From IMG/VR virus record IMGVR_UViG_3300010399_000031, positions 179,404-243,403 of that record: DNA of 64,000 nucleotides. The stretch is one strand, 5' to 3'. The notes beneath the pieces were generated by a model. The model saw only the letters and a list, made by a program, of their open reading frames with translations. It did no database searches and was not told the origin of the DNA. Of the stretch, positions 16,962-26,324 are shown piece after piece. Made by a program: the position numbers and the translations under genes. The stretch's first letter is position 1; each line of letters begins with the position of its first letter.

Positions 16962-17084
16962 ATGATCAAGTTCATGATAATCGGTGCTCTGATTCTTTAC
17001 ATCGGCATCAAAATTGGTCAGCACTCGAAAGCCAGCTGGATTGGTGGTATTTTTGAAAAGAAGGATGATCCACGACGTTGGTAA
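16962..17084 (+). CDS. 40-aa membrane peptide (not in the ORF track)
   Basis: SD AGGAG; MIKFMIIGALILYIGIKIGQ... Confidence 0.6.
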   Translation: MIKFMIIGALILYIGIKIGQHSKASWIGGIFEKKDDPRRW

Positions 17085-17219
17085 GAATTTAGCTGTTCGA
17101 TCAATCAAGTAGGTCGTAGTACAGAGCGCTGTAGCGCGTGGAGCCAGTTGACACGTATTGGGCGACGACTGGGCAGCACGGGGAGACCAGCTCCCCTCTT
17201 ACTGATCATTGAGGTATTC

Positions 17220-17534
17220 ATGGATGAGTACGTAGTGGTATCAAAAGAGATGTCTTTCGAGAAACTGCTGACATACTTCAGAAGCTCGATTCCCATGACA
17301 GAGCGGATGGGTGGTGTCGTCCGTATTTCAAAACCGATCGTCGAGAAAATCATCGAGACGCAAGACATGGTGGAAATCAACAATGTAGTTCGTGAGTTAC
17401 TCGCGATCTATCAGAGTGTGAATCCAAAGTCGTTCGATTATGTTTCAGCGAGTCTACTACGTTCTATTTTAGGTGAGACTGTGCGAGACGCAATTGTCGG
17501 TCGATGTCGTGATCTTCTTGTCTTGGCTTCCTAA
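17220..17534 (+). CDS. hypothetical protein
   Basis: SD GAGGT before the ATG at 17220. Confidence 0.65.
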   Translation: MDEYVVVSKEMSFEKLLTYFRSSIPMTERMGGVVRISKPIVEKIIETQDMVEINNVVRELLAIYQSVNPKSFDYVSASLLRSILGETVRDAIVGRCRDLLVLAS

Positions 17535-17593
17535 GTTGAAATGCGTAGCACTTAAAAACATATCCATAAACTACATTTGAAGCGAGGTTTGTA

Positions 17594-18883
17594 ATGGGTG
17601 TTAAAATCGAATACCTGTTTCACAAGGACATGTCCTTTAACGAAATGATTCCGAAGATCGCCGAGGCGTATCGGAAGATCGTGAAAGAAAATGAGGAGTT
17701 GGGGTTTCCCGCCTTTGAAGTGTGTGCACCGATTCCTTTCCTCGAACGCATGCTCCAAACTGGTTCGAGAACGGTGATTCATGAGGCAGTGATGGATTTG
17801 CTCAATGTTCTCACCGAATTCAAAACGGTGAATGCGGAGAGTTTGAAACAACTCACCGATATCGCGAACAGCAACAAGCTCGACGAGATCGACGCTATTG
17901 CCAAGAAGATGATCGTGGATTGCGAGAAATCGTTCGAACTGGCTTCCACGCCGTCTTCCAACACCACCCCGTGGAGGAAACACGTCTTTTCCGGGGACAA
18001 GCCGACATTTTCCTACCGCGCCGAGATTCTCGCATCGCAAGATGATGCATCGGGTTTGGAGCGCCGACCAATGATCCAGGCGGATTTGTCACGCATTCAT
18101 GCGTTGGATTACGTCGACGATGGTTGGAGACGTGAAATAGGACCGGATGGTTTCACCGGTTACATGGTCAAGGTACGACCGAATCATCCGATGGATCCTA
18201 TCCTCGCTGCCGAGTTGGCCAAACAAACCCCTGAATCGCCGAAAGCCGGAGAACCTCAGGGAGCGGGTGTGAGGGTGAAAAAACAGCCGGACCCTGAAGG
18301 CGAACATTTGCATATCTTTGGTCGCTTGCCGGTAGCATTAAGCGAGGAGACAAAGAAGAAGATGCAAGACTTGTTGGATAGTCGCGACGCAGCCAAGGAA
18401 CTGCTGTCTAAGAAACAAGAGCCGACCACGCCGATGGATATCGCGGCAGCGAAAGTGCTGAAAGCACACAGCGATGCCGGTACGCTTGAATCGGTCTCTG
18501 ACGAGCAGTTGGCGCAGCAGGTGAGTGATCAGTATTTCGAAGACTGGGAGAGGTCTTTACCTCCCCAAGACGGTCAGGAATGGGATCGCAATTCACCTGA
18601 ACAGCGCATTACGGTTGAGGAAATCGCGGCTGAGCACGACATTGATCCTTCGGAAGTGTTGGATCTAAGGGGTGTGAAACCGGTGCAAGATCTGGCGGAG
18701 ATCATTCAAGATCCTGGCGTTTCGATATTTTCACCTGTTGGTGTCAATCGACTCGCATTGTTAATGCGAAAACACGGCGTCACCGGTTACATCTATGCGG
18801 ATGGTCAAATCGCATTGACTGATGGAAGATCGATGACAACCGATGAGTTGATCAAGGAGTTGGAAGGAAAACAAAAGAAGTAA
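17594..18883 (+). CDS. hypothetical protein
   Basis: 429-aa ORF with SD GAGGT. Confidence 0.8.
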   Translation: MGVKIEYLFHKDMSFNEMIPKIAEAYRKIVKENEELGFPAFEVCAPIPFLERMLQTGSRTVIHEAVMDLLNVLTEFKTVNAESLKQLTDIANSNKLDEIDAIAKKMIVDCEKSFELASTPSSNTTPWRKHVFSGDKPTFSYRAEILASQDDASGLERRPMIQADLSRIHALDYVDDGWRREIGPDGFTGYMVKVRPNHPMDPILAAELAKQTPESPKAGEPQGAGVRVKKQPDPEGEHLHIFGRLPVALSEETKKKMQDLLDSRDAAKELLSKKQEPTTPMDIAAAKVLKAHSDAGTLESVSDEQLAQQVSDQYFEDWERSLPPQDGQEWDRNSPEQRITVEEIAAEHDIDPSEVLDLRGVKPVQDLAEIIQDPGVSIFSPVGVNRLALLMRKHGVTGYIYADGQIALTDGRSMTTDELIKELEGKQKK

Positions 18884-18960
18884 AGCTGTTGTAGGTAAGG
18901 CTAGGAGTTTTCCCGACTCCTAGTTCTCTTGTGTTGTTTTCATTAGAAGGAATATTCCAG

Positions 18961-19458
18961 ATGGCAGCCAAGCAAGAAAAGAAAGAAGTGCGCGATTTCA
19001 TCAAAGAGTATCTGGACCTCGCGTATGAAAAATGCATGAAGAGCAAACACCACGCACAGGTTCACCTGGATCACTACCAAAACATCACGCTCGTGACCGT
19101 CACCATCTACGACCGCAAGCAAACGGCCTGGTTCGTCGACGGCCTGCCCAACTTCGCCTACTGGCTTACGCAAGAGCAGCGTATCCCGTTCGTGGCGAAG
19201 ATGTGGAAGGAAGGTATCACGGGCACCACGATCGCCAAGATGCTTGGCTTTTCTCCCTCGACCATCTACAAGGATCTGAAGTACCTGCGCGAGGTCTCGC
19301 CCTTCCAGATCGAAGGTCGTTTCACGAAGGAACTCATCAAGCCGTCCAAGACGATTCTGCCCGAGGGCGAGATGCGCATGATCGCCCTGAACGCGATGTC
19401 GCAACGTCAGCAGTTGGATTCGGCCTTCAAGTCGGTTCGCAACATGACGTTGCAGTAA
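18961..19458 (+). CDS. helix-turn-helix DNA-binding protein
   Basis: 'GITGTTIAKMLGFSPSTIYKDL' HTH; strongly biased codons. Confidence 0.75.
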   Translation: MAAKQEKKEVRDFIKEYLDLAYEKCMKSKHHAQVHLDHYQNITLVTVTIYDRKQTAWFVDGLPNFAYWLTQEQRIPFVAKMWKEGITGTTIAKMLGFSPSTIYKDLKYLREVSPFQIEGRFTKELIKPSKTILPEGEMRMIALNAMSQRQQLDSAFKSVRNMTLQ

Positions 19459-19467
19459 GGAGGGTAT

Positions 19468-19665
19468 ATGGATGATGTAATCGAAGCGTCTTACGCCAAA
19501 GCAAAAGCATTACTGGATAAGGCGCAATCTGGTGTTTGGACCAAAGAAGACGGCGAGGAGTTTGATCGACTCGCCGAAATCTTGGCTGATGATCCTCATC
19601 CGACGCGTTTTGCAGAACTGATCGCCAGGATGGAAACCATGGACATCAAAAAGCAACAGCAGTAA
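19468..19665 (+). CDS. hypothetical protein
   Basis: SD AAGGAGG. Confidence 0.7.
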   Translation: MDDVIEASYAKAKALLDKAQSGVWTKEDGEEFDRLAEILADDPHPTRFAELIARMETMDIKKQQQ

Positions 19666-19805
19666 AGTCAACCCCAAAGAAAGGGACACGGAGGAGCATT
19701 ATGCTCCTCCGGTTATGTTGAGTTTTTCACACCACCGCTTCCTTCGTATGAAGTGTAATCAAGAATTAGAAGTAATGACTTAGGCCATTTTCAAAGGGGT
19801 TCATC

Positions 19806-20108
19806 ATGAGTGCTGTCGCAGTCAAATGGAAGAACGAGATCTTTCAAGGATTTTGGTTTTTGACCAACTTCCTGCGTGGAGAAGGGCTGCAAGAAGATGC
19901 AGTGAAAGAAGTCATCGCCGACCTGACGCAACAGTACGATAAGTACCGGGGTCCAATGGGTAAGGATTTTTGTCCGACCTTTCTGGCAACGACGGTGCGT
20001 GATAACCTCGGCGACATCGAGATGTTTCAACCGATCAGCGAAGAGAAGATCGGATCGACCACGTTCGTCCTTGAAAACGATGGTTGTATCCTGATCTGTC
20101 CGTTTTAA
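19806..20108 (+). CDS. hypothetical protein
   Basis: ORF; shares AVKWKNE with the next gene. Confidence 0.7.
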   Translation: MSAVAVKWKNEIFQGFWFLTNFLRGEGLQEDAVKEVIADLTQQYDKYRGPMGKDFCPTFLATTVRDNLGDIEMFQPISEEKIGSTTFVLENDGCILICPF

Positions 20109-20179
20109 AGAACAAACACGTTGGGGGCCGGAGGATCTACTCCGGCTTTATGCCCTTAAAGTAACTTTGGAGAAAAGAA

Positions 20180-21460
20180 ATGACTTCAGTTCCAGCGGAA
20201 TATGTAGAACTCGAAAAGTTCGTCGCGCAAGCACCGTACACGACCAGTGAGTTGGTGGATAAACTCGTTCCAGTCACCTGTGATCAAAGCGATCCGGTCA
20301 AGATCTTCAATAAGCTACGGGAGAACGCGTCGAACTTGACCGATCAAGAGTTTCAAGACCTCAAGTGGGGTGCGCGCTATTTAGGCGATGAAACCTTTGC
20401 TTTGATTTGTCAGGAAGCCACTGACGACAACAACGCTCACGCTTTTAACGTGACATATCCGATCATACTTTTCAATGGTCAGGCGCGCATAGATGCTTCG
20501 GTATGTATCGCAGTCAAGTGGAAGAACGAAAGTCAGGAATCGATATCTGTTTTTGCTCCGATCCCGACAAGAAAGGAAGCAGATTACTCAGCCATCGACG
20601 AATTAGTCGCGGGTTCTCCTTATCCGACGGTCAATACTTTTAGCTCGGTGTCAAGTACAAAACCCTCACTCAAAGCGATACTCGCTGAGTGCGCTTGGAA
20701 TGGAGATCAACTTCTGCGCGAACTCGATCTCCACATCGAACAAAAATACAAAACGAATCTGTGGAAGTATCAAAACACGGCGTGGGCTGTGGAATATGCT
20801 TCTGCGGATAAGCGCATACTCAAAGTGTCGACGCCGACGGTGGCCACAGGTTATTGGATCTTTTACTTGGTCTTGACCGAGCGAGCAGGAGCGGTTCGAA
20901 TCGAACGACCAATCGACCACTATGGAAAGCCGACGGGGTATCGTGGAGCAGATGAAGGAACTCGCACTTCCCCGCCTTTCAGCCATCCTAGTCTTGGGAT
21001 GTATGAAGCAAGGGAGAACTTTAACCCAGGCATGGCGTATGGTCCTGGCCCGCAGAGTATGGCGCCTGAGCAGCCCTGGCCGGGATATCCTTCTGGCGGC
21101 CCGCAATCCAGGCAATTTAACATACCACCGGTGCGTGGGAACAACGAGATCAGGATGATCTTCCATACGCTCGACGAGATCGAACCGCATTTGGTCACGC
21201 TTCGCGAGCGTTTTCCCGATCAGGTCAAATTGTTGACAACAGTAACCGACTTGGTGAATAACACCGCCGCAGAAGGACGAGTTTTCACGATCCATCTTTT
21301 CGGCGACTGGAGTAAGACAGAGGCCAAGTGGGCTAAAATCTACCTCGTCGCTGGGGATGAAAGAACGCGAGATGTTTCAGTCAATCTGGAACTGACCCTA
21401 ACTACCCGCATCAATCATCAGTATCAACCCAATCATCAACCAGGCAGCTATCGCTGGTAA
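20180..21460 (+). CDS. hypothetical protein
   Basis: 426-aa ORF, SD GGAG, Pro-rich linker. Confidence 0.8.
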   Translation: MTSVPAEYVELEKFVAQAPYTTSELVDKLVPVTCDQSDPVKIFNKLRENASNLTDQEFQDLKWGARYLGDETFALICQEATDDNNAHAFNVTYPIILFNGQARIDASVCIAVKWKNESQESISVFAPIPTRKEADYSAIDELVAGSPYPTVNTFSSVSSTKPSLKAILAECAWNGDQLLRELDLHIEQKYKTNLWKYQNTAWAVEYASADKRILKVSTPTVATGYWIFYLVLTERAGAVRIERPIDHYGKPTGYRGADEGTRTSPPFSHPSLGMYEARENFNPGMAYGPGPQSMAPEQPWPGYPSGGPQSRQFNIPPVRGNNEIRMIFHTLDEIEPHLVTLRERFPDQVKLLTTVTDLVNNTAAEGRVFTIHLFGDWSKTEAKWAKIYLVAGDERTRDVSVNLELTLTTRINHQYQPNHQPGSYRW

Positions 21461-21487
21461 GTCAATCAAATCTGGAGGTATCAAGTC

Positions 21488-21859
21488 ATGGAAGCTACCC
21501 AAGAAACACTGGCCAGCGTGGCCGAAGACGTTCGTTTTCAACAACGCACGAACGTTCTGAAGTGGTTCGCCAAAACCGGGAAGGTTCTGGGCATCCCGAA
21601 TTTACCCATCTTCGAAGCGGGTGGGATGATTCCCGATGGCGTGACGCTCGGTTTTTTCGTACAGGAAATGGGTCGTATAGTTCCGGAATCGTGCGTTGAG
21701 ATTCACCGGACAATCGGAGAGGGAGCCTATCATTTTGCTTCACAAGTGACCCCGCCGCGACAGTTCAAACAAATCAAAATCACTGGTTTGGTCTACCAGT
21801 ACATGGATCACCCTGACAAAGACATGCGGGTCGAGATCCAACTCTGGGATCTCGACTGA
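21488..21859 (+). CDS. hypothetical protein
   Basis: SD GGAGGT. Confidence 0.7.
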   Translation: MEATQETLASVAEDVRFQQRTNVLKWFAKTGKVLGIPNLPIFEAGGMIPDGVTLGFFVQEMGRIVPESCVEIHRTIGEGAYHFASQVTPPRQFKQIKITGLVYQYMDHPDKDMRVEIQLWDLD

Positions 21860-21883
21860 CATCTGGATGCGATTACGAAAGAG

Positions 21884-22582
21884 GTGTTGGTTAATGAATT
21901 CAAGGATCTGTATTCCCCAGGCATTGGTAAACCAGAACTTGTCTTAACGTTTACATTGAGTCAAACACCTCACCAAACAACAAGGAAGACGATCTGGACG
22001 TTCAAAGGAGTGAAAATTGGTCGTGAGGAGTGGCCTGAAATGCTGACGAAGATTCCCGAGGAGATAGTTCAACAACCCATTTCAAACGAAACACCCGCAC
22101 CGCAAGGTCTTTTCTTGCCGACCGGCCAAACCTACGTGAAGATCAAGGAACCAGAAAAAATGGAAGAAGACACGCTCTATTTATTCGGCGTAGATCCGAA
22201 AATCCTCGGGCGATCACTGTCCAAATCCAATCTTGAGGAGAAAGTCAAACTGCTTCTCGAACGTGGTACGAGAATGTCAGAAGAGGATCTCGCTTCGGTG
22301 AAGAAAATGAAGGTCAACTTCCAAAAGAAAGACGATATCAAATTCTTCCTCGATGAAGTTCTCCGCGTGGGTAACCTTTGGTTGTATAACGCCATCTGTC
22401 ATTTGTTGAAAGAACACGAACCAGCAGTGGAAGCTGATAGGGGCGATGTGTGTTTCAAGCTATCGGTCAAAGGGAACTGGCAAGAATATCGAGACAGTGT
22501 CGATGCTTTTGTCAAGGTTAAAGTGTACCTACCCAAGACGCTGACGGAAGTCGCAATGGTCTCCGGCAGCATGAGTATCTAA
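21884..22582 (+). CDS. hypothetical protein
   Basis: packed ORF. Confidence 0.7.
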   Translation: MLVNEFKDLYSPGIGKPELVLTFTLSQTPHQTTRKTIWTFKGVKIGREEWPEMLTKIPEEIVQQPISNETPAPQGLFLPTGQTYVKIKEPEKMEEDTLYLFGVDPKILGRSLSKSNLEEKVKLLLERGTRMSEEDLASVKKMKVNFQKKDDIKFFLDEVLRVGNLWLYNAICHLLKEHEPAVEADRGDVCFKLSVKGNWQEYRDSVDAFVKVKVYLPKTLTEVAMVSGSMSI

Positions 22583-22600
22583 GTAGTTAAGGGCATAAAG

Positions 22601-22644
22601 CCGGAGGGATTTCTCCCTCCGGTCTTACGCCTTCTTTTTTTTTT
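22601..22644. terminator. bidirectional terminator
   Basis: CCGGAGGG-ATTTCT-CCCTCCGG between convergent genes; T-tract on +, CTTTATGCCC on -. Confidence 0.75.
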
Positions 22645-22648
22645 GTCT

Positions 22649-24172
22649 TTAGGAAGACTTTTGTCGATATGATTCCAGCATACCGAGGATGTGATCGAGT
22701 TGACGAATGGCAAAATCGTCCTTGACTTCTTTTCGATCTACCCCATCTTCAATCAGTGCCAAGGCAAACTTAAGCCTTGCTTGACTGGCAACGAAATACA
22801 AGTAATGCGCAGCTGCATTAAGCGACTTCCAGTATTGCTGAAACTGCATGTCGATCTGCATAAGTGCACCGATCAAGTTGCGAATATCAGTCAATACCTT
22901 CTTACCGTGCTTAGCCAGGTTAGCGTCAAAACCCGTCGATTTACCTTCATCGTGTTCCTTCTGCGTTTGACTGTAGAAGGTTTGCGATTCAGCAATTTCT
23001 GCTCTGAGCTTTTCCAACTCCGGGATCAGCGCCTCTCGCGTGTGAGCGTAATACAAAATTTCACGAGCCTGCACCGCTTGAGCAAACACTCGGAGTGCTT
23101 GGTGAAACTCCTCCGGCACGGCAGGCGCACCCCGGTTCAATTCCACTGCCTTAGCACTTAGTCTTTGAAGACTCTCAACGCACAGTTGATAGACTTTCCT
23201 GGGTGAGTCCATCAAGCGTTCAAACTGCTGAGCCAGACCATCGAGATACTGCTGCTGCTTGGTGGGATCAGCTTCGCGCGCCGCTGCTTCATCGCGGTGT
23301 CCTGCCAAGAGCATCGTTTTGTACGCTTCACGGGTATCGGCGAGCACCTTTGCAGGGTGGGCATCGTCGACTTCCTTTAGTGTCTGAACCATGATCTTGC
23401 TATACTCACCACGGGTGAGATGGTCCCGTTGAAGCGAGGTGAGAGGCCGAATGTAGCCCGGTGCGTTTTGCGGTTTGACCGCCTCACCTTGATGCTCGGG
23501 GTGTGTTTTCGGCACCTCCCAACCTGTGGTGTCGGTGCTGTACTTATACGAGGTGGAGTCTTCAGTTGCCACCTGGTTGCGCTTACCGCGCGGGTTCACC
23601 TTCAACTCCTTGGTAGAAGCTTTACCGGTGGAACCCGCTTGCATTTCTTCATTCAATGCTTGCGCCACTTCACCAGAAATTTCTGCGCACTCTAGTACCC
23701 CGGCAGTGGCTGACCACTCTTTGAACGTATTGGTGGAAGTACCACTTTTTAAACCGTTTTCAACTGCTTGACCCTTGTAGTGTGCGATCAAATGCACAAT
23801 CAAACTACCTAAGGCGGCTGCAATTGCAGCGATCAGTAAGGCCAAACCACCACTGATCGCTTCCATGGCGATGTCATACTTTTTTTGTTCTTCTTCATCG
23901 CAAAAGCAAGTTTTGAGCACTACCCCGTCCTCCATCACCGCATCGCATTCCAACGCGATATGAGGGGTAAGCATCTTTGCTTCTTCCAAAGCCGTACGGT
24001 ACTGCAAGAGCTTGCCGTATTTTTCTTCCATCGAACCGATGTTATTGAAAAGCACGCGAACTTGTGCGTACTGATCCATTCGTTCGTCTTCGACAACGAG
24101 CTTACCGAACGTCGTATCCAGGTAACTTGTCACTTGTGGTACCGGATACTGGGGGAGATTCACTACTTCCAT
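22649..24172 (-). CDS. internal head (ejection) protein, paralogue A
   Basis: ALE/AME head-protease sites followed by the hydrophobic segment GLALLIAAIAAALGSLIV, as in phiKZ-like head paralogue families. Confidence 0.7.
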   Translation of the reverse strand: MEVVNLPQYPVPQVTSYLDTTFGKLVVEDERMDQYAQVRVLFNNIGSMEEKYGKLLQYRTALEEAKMLTPHIALECDAVMEDGVVLKTCFCDEEEQKKYDIAMEAISGGLALLIAAIAAALGSLIVHLIAHYKGQAVENGLKSGTSTNTFKEWSATAGVLECAEISGEVAQALNEEMQAGSTGKASTKELKVNPRGKRNQVATEDSTSYKYSTDTTGWEVPKTHPEHQGEAVKPQNAPGYIRPLTSLQRDHLTRGEYSKIMVQTLKEVDDAHPAKVLADTREAYKTMLLAGHRDEAAAREADPTKQQQYLDGLAQQFERLMDSPRKVYQLCVESLQRLSAKAVELNRGAPAVPEEFHQALRVFAQAVQAREILYYAHTREALIPELEKLRAEIAESQTFYSQTQKEHDEGKSTGFDANLAKHGKKVLTDIRNLIGALMQIDMQFQQYWKSLNAAAHYLYFVASQARLKFALALIEDGVDRKEVKDDFAIRQLDHILGMLESYRQKSS

Positions 24173-24184
24173 TGCTCACCTCTT

Positions 24185-25630
24185 TTATTTTGCTCTTTGA
24201 CGAAAATTGCTCAATGCGTGAATGACGCGATCCATCTGTTGCACCGATGTGTTAGACAGTACAGCATCGCGAGCTTGACCTTTTTGCTTCAAATCAATGA
24301 TCAACTGATGGCGCGCCGTGGTGGCTACCCAATACAAGTAATTGGCACACGTATCGAGCGACTTCCAATAGCGCTGAAAAAGCATGTCCGCTTTGATCAT
24401 CACTGCCAGCAAGGCATGCACCTGCGCCAATACTTCCCGACCGTGTTGGTCAACTCCACCTTGAACCTTGTTAGCTTCGGTGGTGCTTTGCAAAGCTTGC
24501 GCTTCTTTACGCATGCGCTCCAGTTCCAGCGCGATCTCTTTGCGCTCGTTGGCATACGAGACGATATTGCGCTCGGTGACAGCGCCGACGAAGTTGCGCA
24601 AAGCGTGATTGATGTCTTTAGGCAACTGAACTTGACCAGCATCAAGTCGGTCTTTCTTATCGTTCAGTTTGCTAATTTGCTCCATCAACAATCGATGTGT
24701 TTCACGCGGTTTAGCCAAGAGCTGATAGTAGCGCTCTTTGAGCGAATTGGTTTCACCGTTTTGCCCTTGCTTGGGGTCAGCTTTACTTGCAGCGACCATT
24801 TCCCGGTAAGCAAGGCGTGCGTCTTGCAGCACTCCGATCGGGTGGATCTCATCGATGGTTTTAAGCAACTGCCCCATGAGTGCGCTATATTCACCCGTTG
24901 CAAGGTGATCCATCTCAAGCGCATTGAGTTGCTTGGCAAAGGGGGTGTGGTCCGGTGTATCGGAGTGAAGCTCTTGAGCAACGTTGCGCCCTTCTCGTCT
25001 AGCTTTAATGTCAGCTTTAGCTTGCTCTGTTAGCTGCATCGCTTTGTTAAGCGTCTGAAGCGCTTCGGGAGATAACTGATTAGCCGATGACTGTGCCAGT
25101 AGCGCCATCTCCTGTTTATGTTTGATGATTGCCGAATTATCCACCGAAGGGATAGCTTGGTCATTCTTACCCGCAAAGTACGCAATAGCGGCCGTAATCG
25201 CCGCTAGAACGGCTCCGACGATCGCAGCAATACCAAGAGCCATCCGGCCATTGATAGACTCCATAGCGAGCGTGTATTTCTTTTGCTTACTCTCCCCGCT
25301 GAAGTAGAGATTGCCCAAATCGGACCCTCCAAGAAGAAGGTCTGCTTCCAGGGCAATTTCCATCGTCAGGACTTTGTGCTCTTCAAGTGCAGCGCTCAAT
25401 TCAAAGAGCGCATCGAGCTTTTCCATCGAGAAGTGTTCACTTGACTCTTGAGTCTCGATGTCAACCGAGTAAGGTAGCTCGGTCGTAAATTCATTCGGAT
25501 AAGTGGGGTTACTCTGTGTCATGCTCTTTTCCAGTGAGAAGAACTGCGTGTCCTCATCGCGGGGTGTGTTCGGAGAGGACGGCTTACTCTGGTAAAAATT
25601 AGCGGGTGGTAAGGGGTTCAGATAAGCCAT
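24185..25630 (-). CDS. internal head (ejection) protein, paralogue B
   Basis: SLE/SME/ALE/AME sites plus hydrophobic segment; collinear with the neighbour (DHL.TGEYS/DHLTRGEYS, DM.FQ.YWKSL). Confidence 0.7.
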   Translation of the reverse strand: MAYLNPLPPANFYQSKPSSPNTPRDEDTQFFSLEKSMTQSNPTYPNEFTTELPYSVDIETQESSEHFSMEKLDALFELSAALEEHKVLTMEIALEADLLLGGSDLGNLYFSGESKQKKYTLAMESINGRMALGIAAIVGAVLAAITAAIAYFAGKNDQAIPSVDNSAIIKHKQEMALLAQSSANQLSPEALQTLNKAMQLTEQAKADIKARREGRNVAQELHSDTPDHTPFAKQLNALEMDHLATGEYSALMGQLLKTIDEIHPIGVLQDARLAYREMVAASKADPKQGQNGETNSLKERYYQLLAKPRETHRLLMEQISKLNDKKDRLDAGQVQLPKDINHALRNFVGAVTERNIVSYANERKEIALELERMRKEAQALQSTTEANKVQGGVDQHGREVLAQVHALLAVMIKADMLFQRYWKSLDTCANYLYWVATTARHQLIIDLKQKGQARDAVLSNTSVQQMDRVIHALSNFRQRAK

Positions 25631-25654
25631 CAGTCCTCTCCTGGTTAAATTCCA

Positions 25655-26320
25655 TCACACGTGAAGCCAGCCGGCAGTGAGAAATCCGTGCCAGTCACGC
25701 AGCATCAAAGAACCCGCTCCTGCTGAACACGTATTGCCATTTTTATCGACCGTCACCTCCCCAGTGCTGGGGTCACCGTGCCGACACCAGCACTTATGGA
25801 CCGAATCATCGGGTTTGGTGCAATTACTCGCTCTACCATCAACGTGCCAATCTTGACTCCCGTGGACTTTGACGACCAAAGCGTGTCCATCTAACCCGCA
25901 CCACTCGGGGTACTTTTCGTACCAAGTGGCGAAATACATCGCACCCACTGGGGCATCGCGCAAGGTATAACGCACACTGGAATTGTCACGGCGCATGTAG
26001 ATCGATTTGCGACGATGACCGTACTCATCGGAGTCGGTGTATCGATAGCCACAGGCGCACTGGGTGGGGAATTTATCCAACCCGTAACGCTGCACCTGCT
26101 TGCTCGATAGCGTCCCTCCTGCGATCACCTCGCCGTTTTCATCGTGGTCCTTTTCGACCCCGAACATCACGGCGGTGAAATGTCCACCACCATAGCTGCT
26201 ATTGGGACAGACCATTTTGACACGATAGTCCGATGAGCGATATAGTTCCACTTCACAATCGCCCGTCGGCTCGATGAAAAAACACTTGATCCGGTTTGGA
26301 TCGGCTTGCCAATTGCGCAT
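25655..26320 (-). CDS. Cys/His-rich protein with DUF6527-like C-terminus
   Basis: 'WH.DGRASNC','HKCWCRHGDP..VTVDK..GAGS..WHGFLTAGWL'; start reassigned to follow the helicase stop. Confidence 0.65.
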   Translation of the reverse strand: MRNWQADPNRIKCFFIEPTGDCEVELYRSSDYRVKMVCPNSSYGGGHFTAVMFGVEKDHDENGEVIAGGTLSSKQVQRYGLDKFPTQCACGYRYTDSDEYGHRRKSIYMRRDNSSVRYTLRDAPVGAMYFATWYEKYPEWCGLDGHALVVKVHGSQDWHVDGRASNCTKPDDSVHKCWCRHGDPSTGEVTVDKNGNTCSAGAGSLMLRDWHGFLTAGWLHV

Positions 26321-26324
26321 GGTT

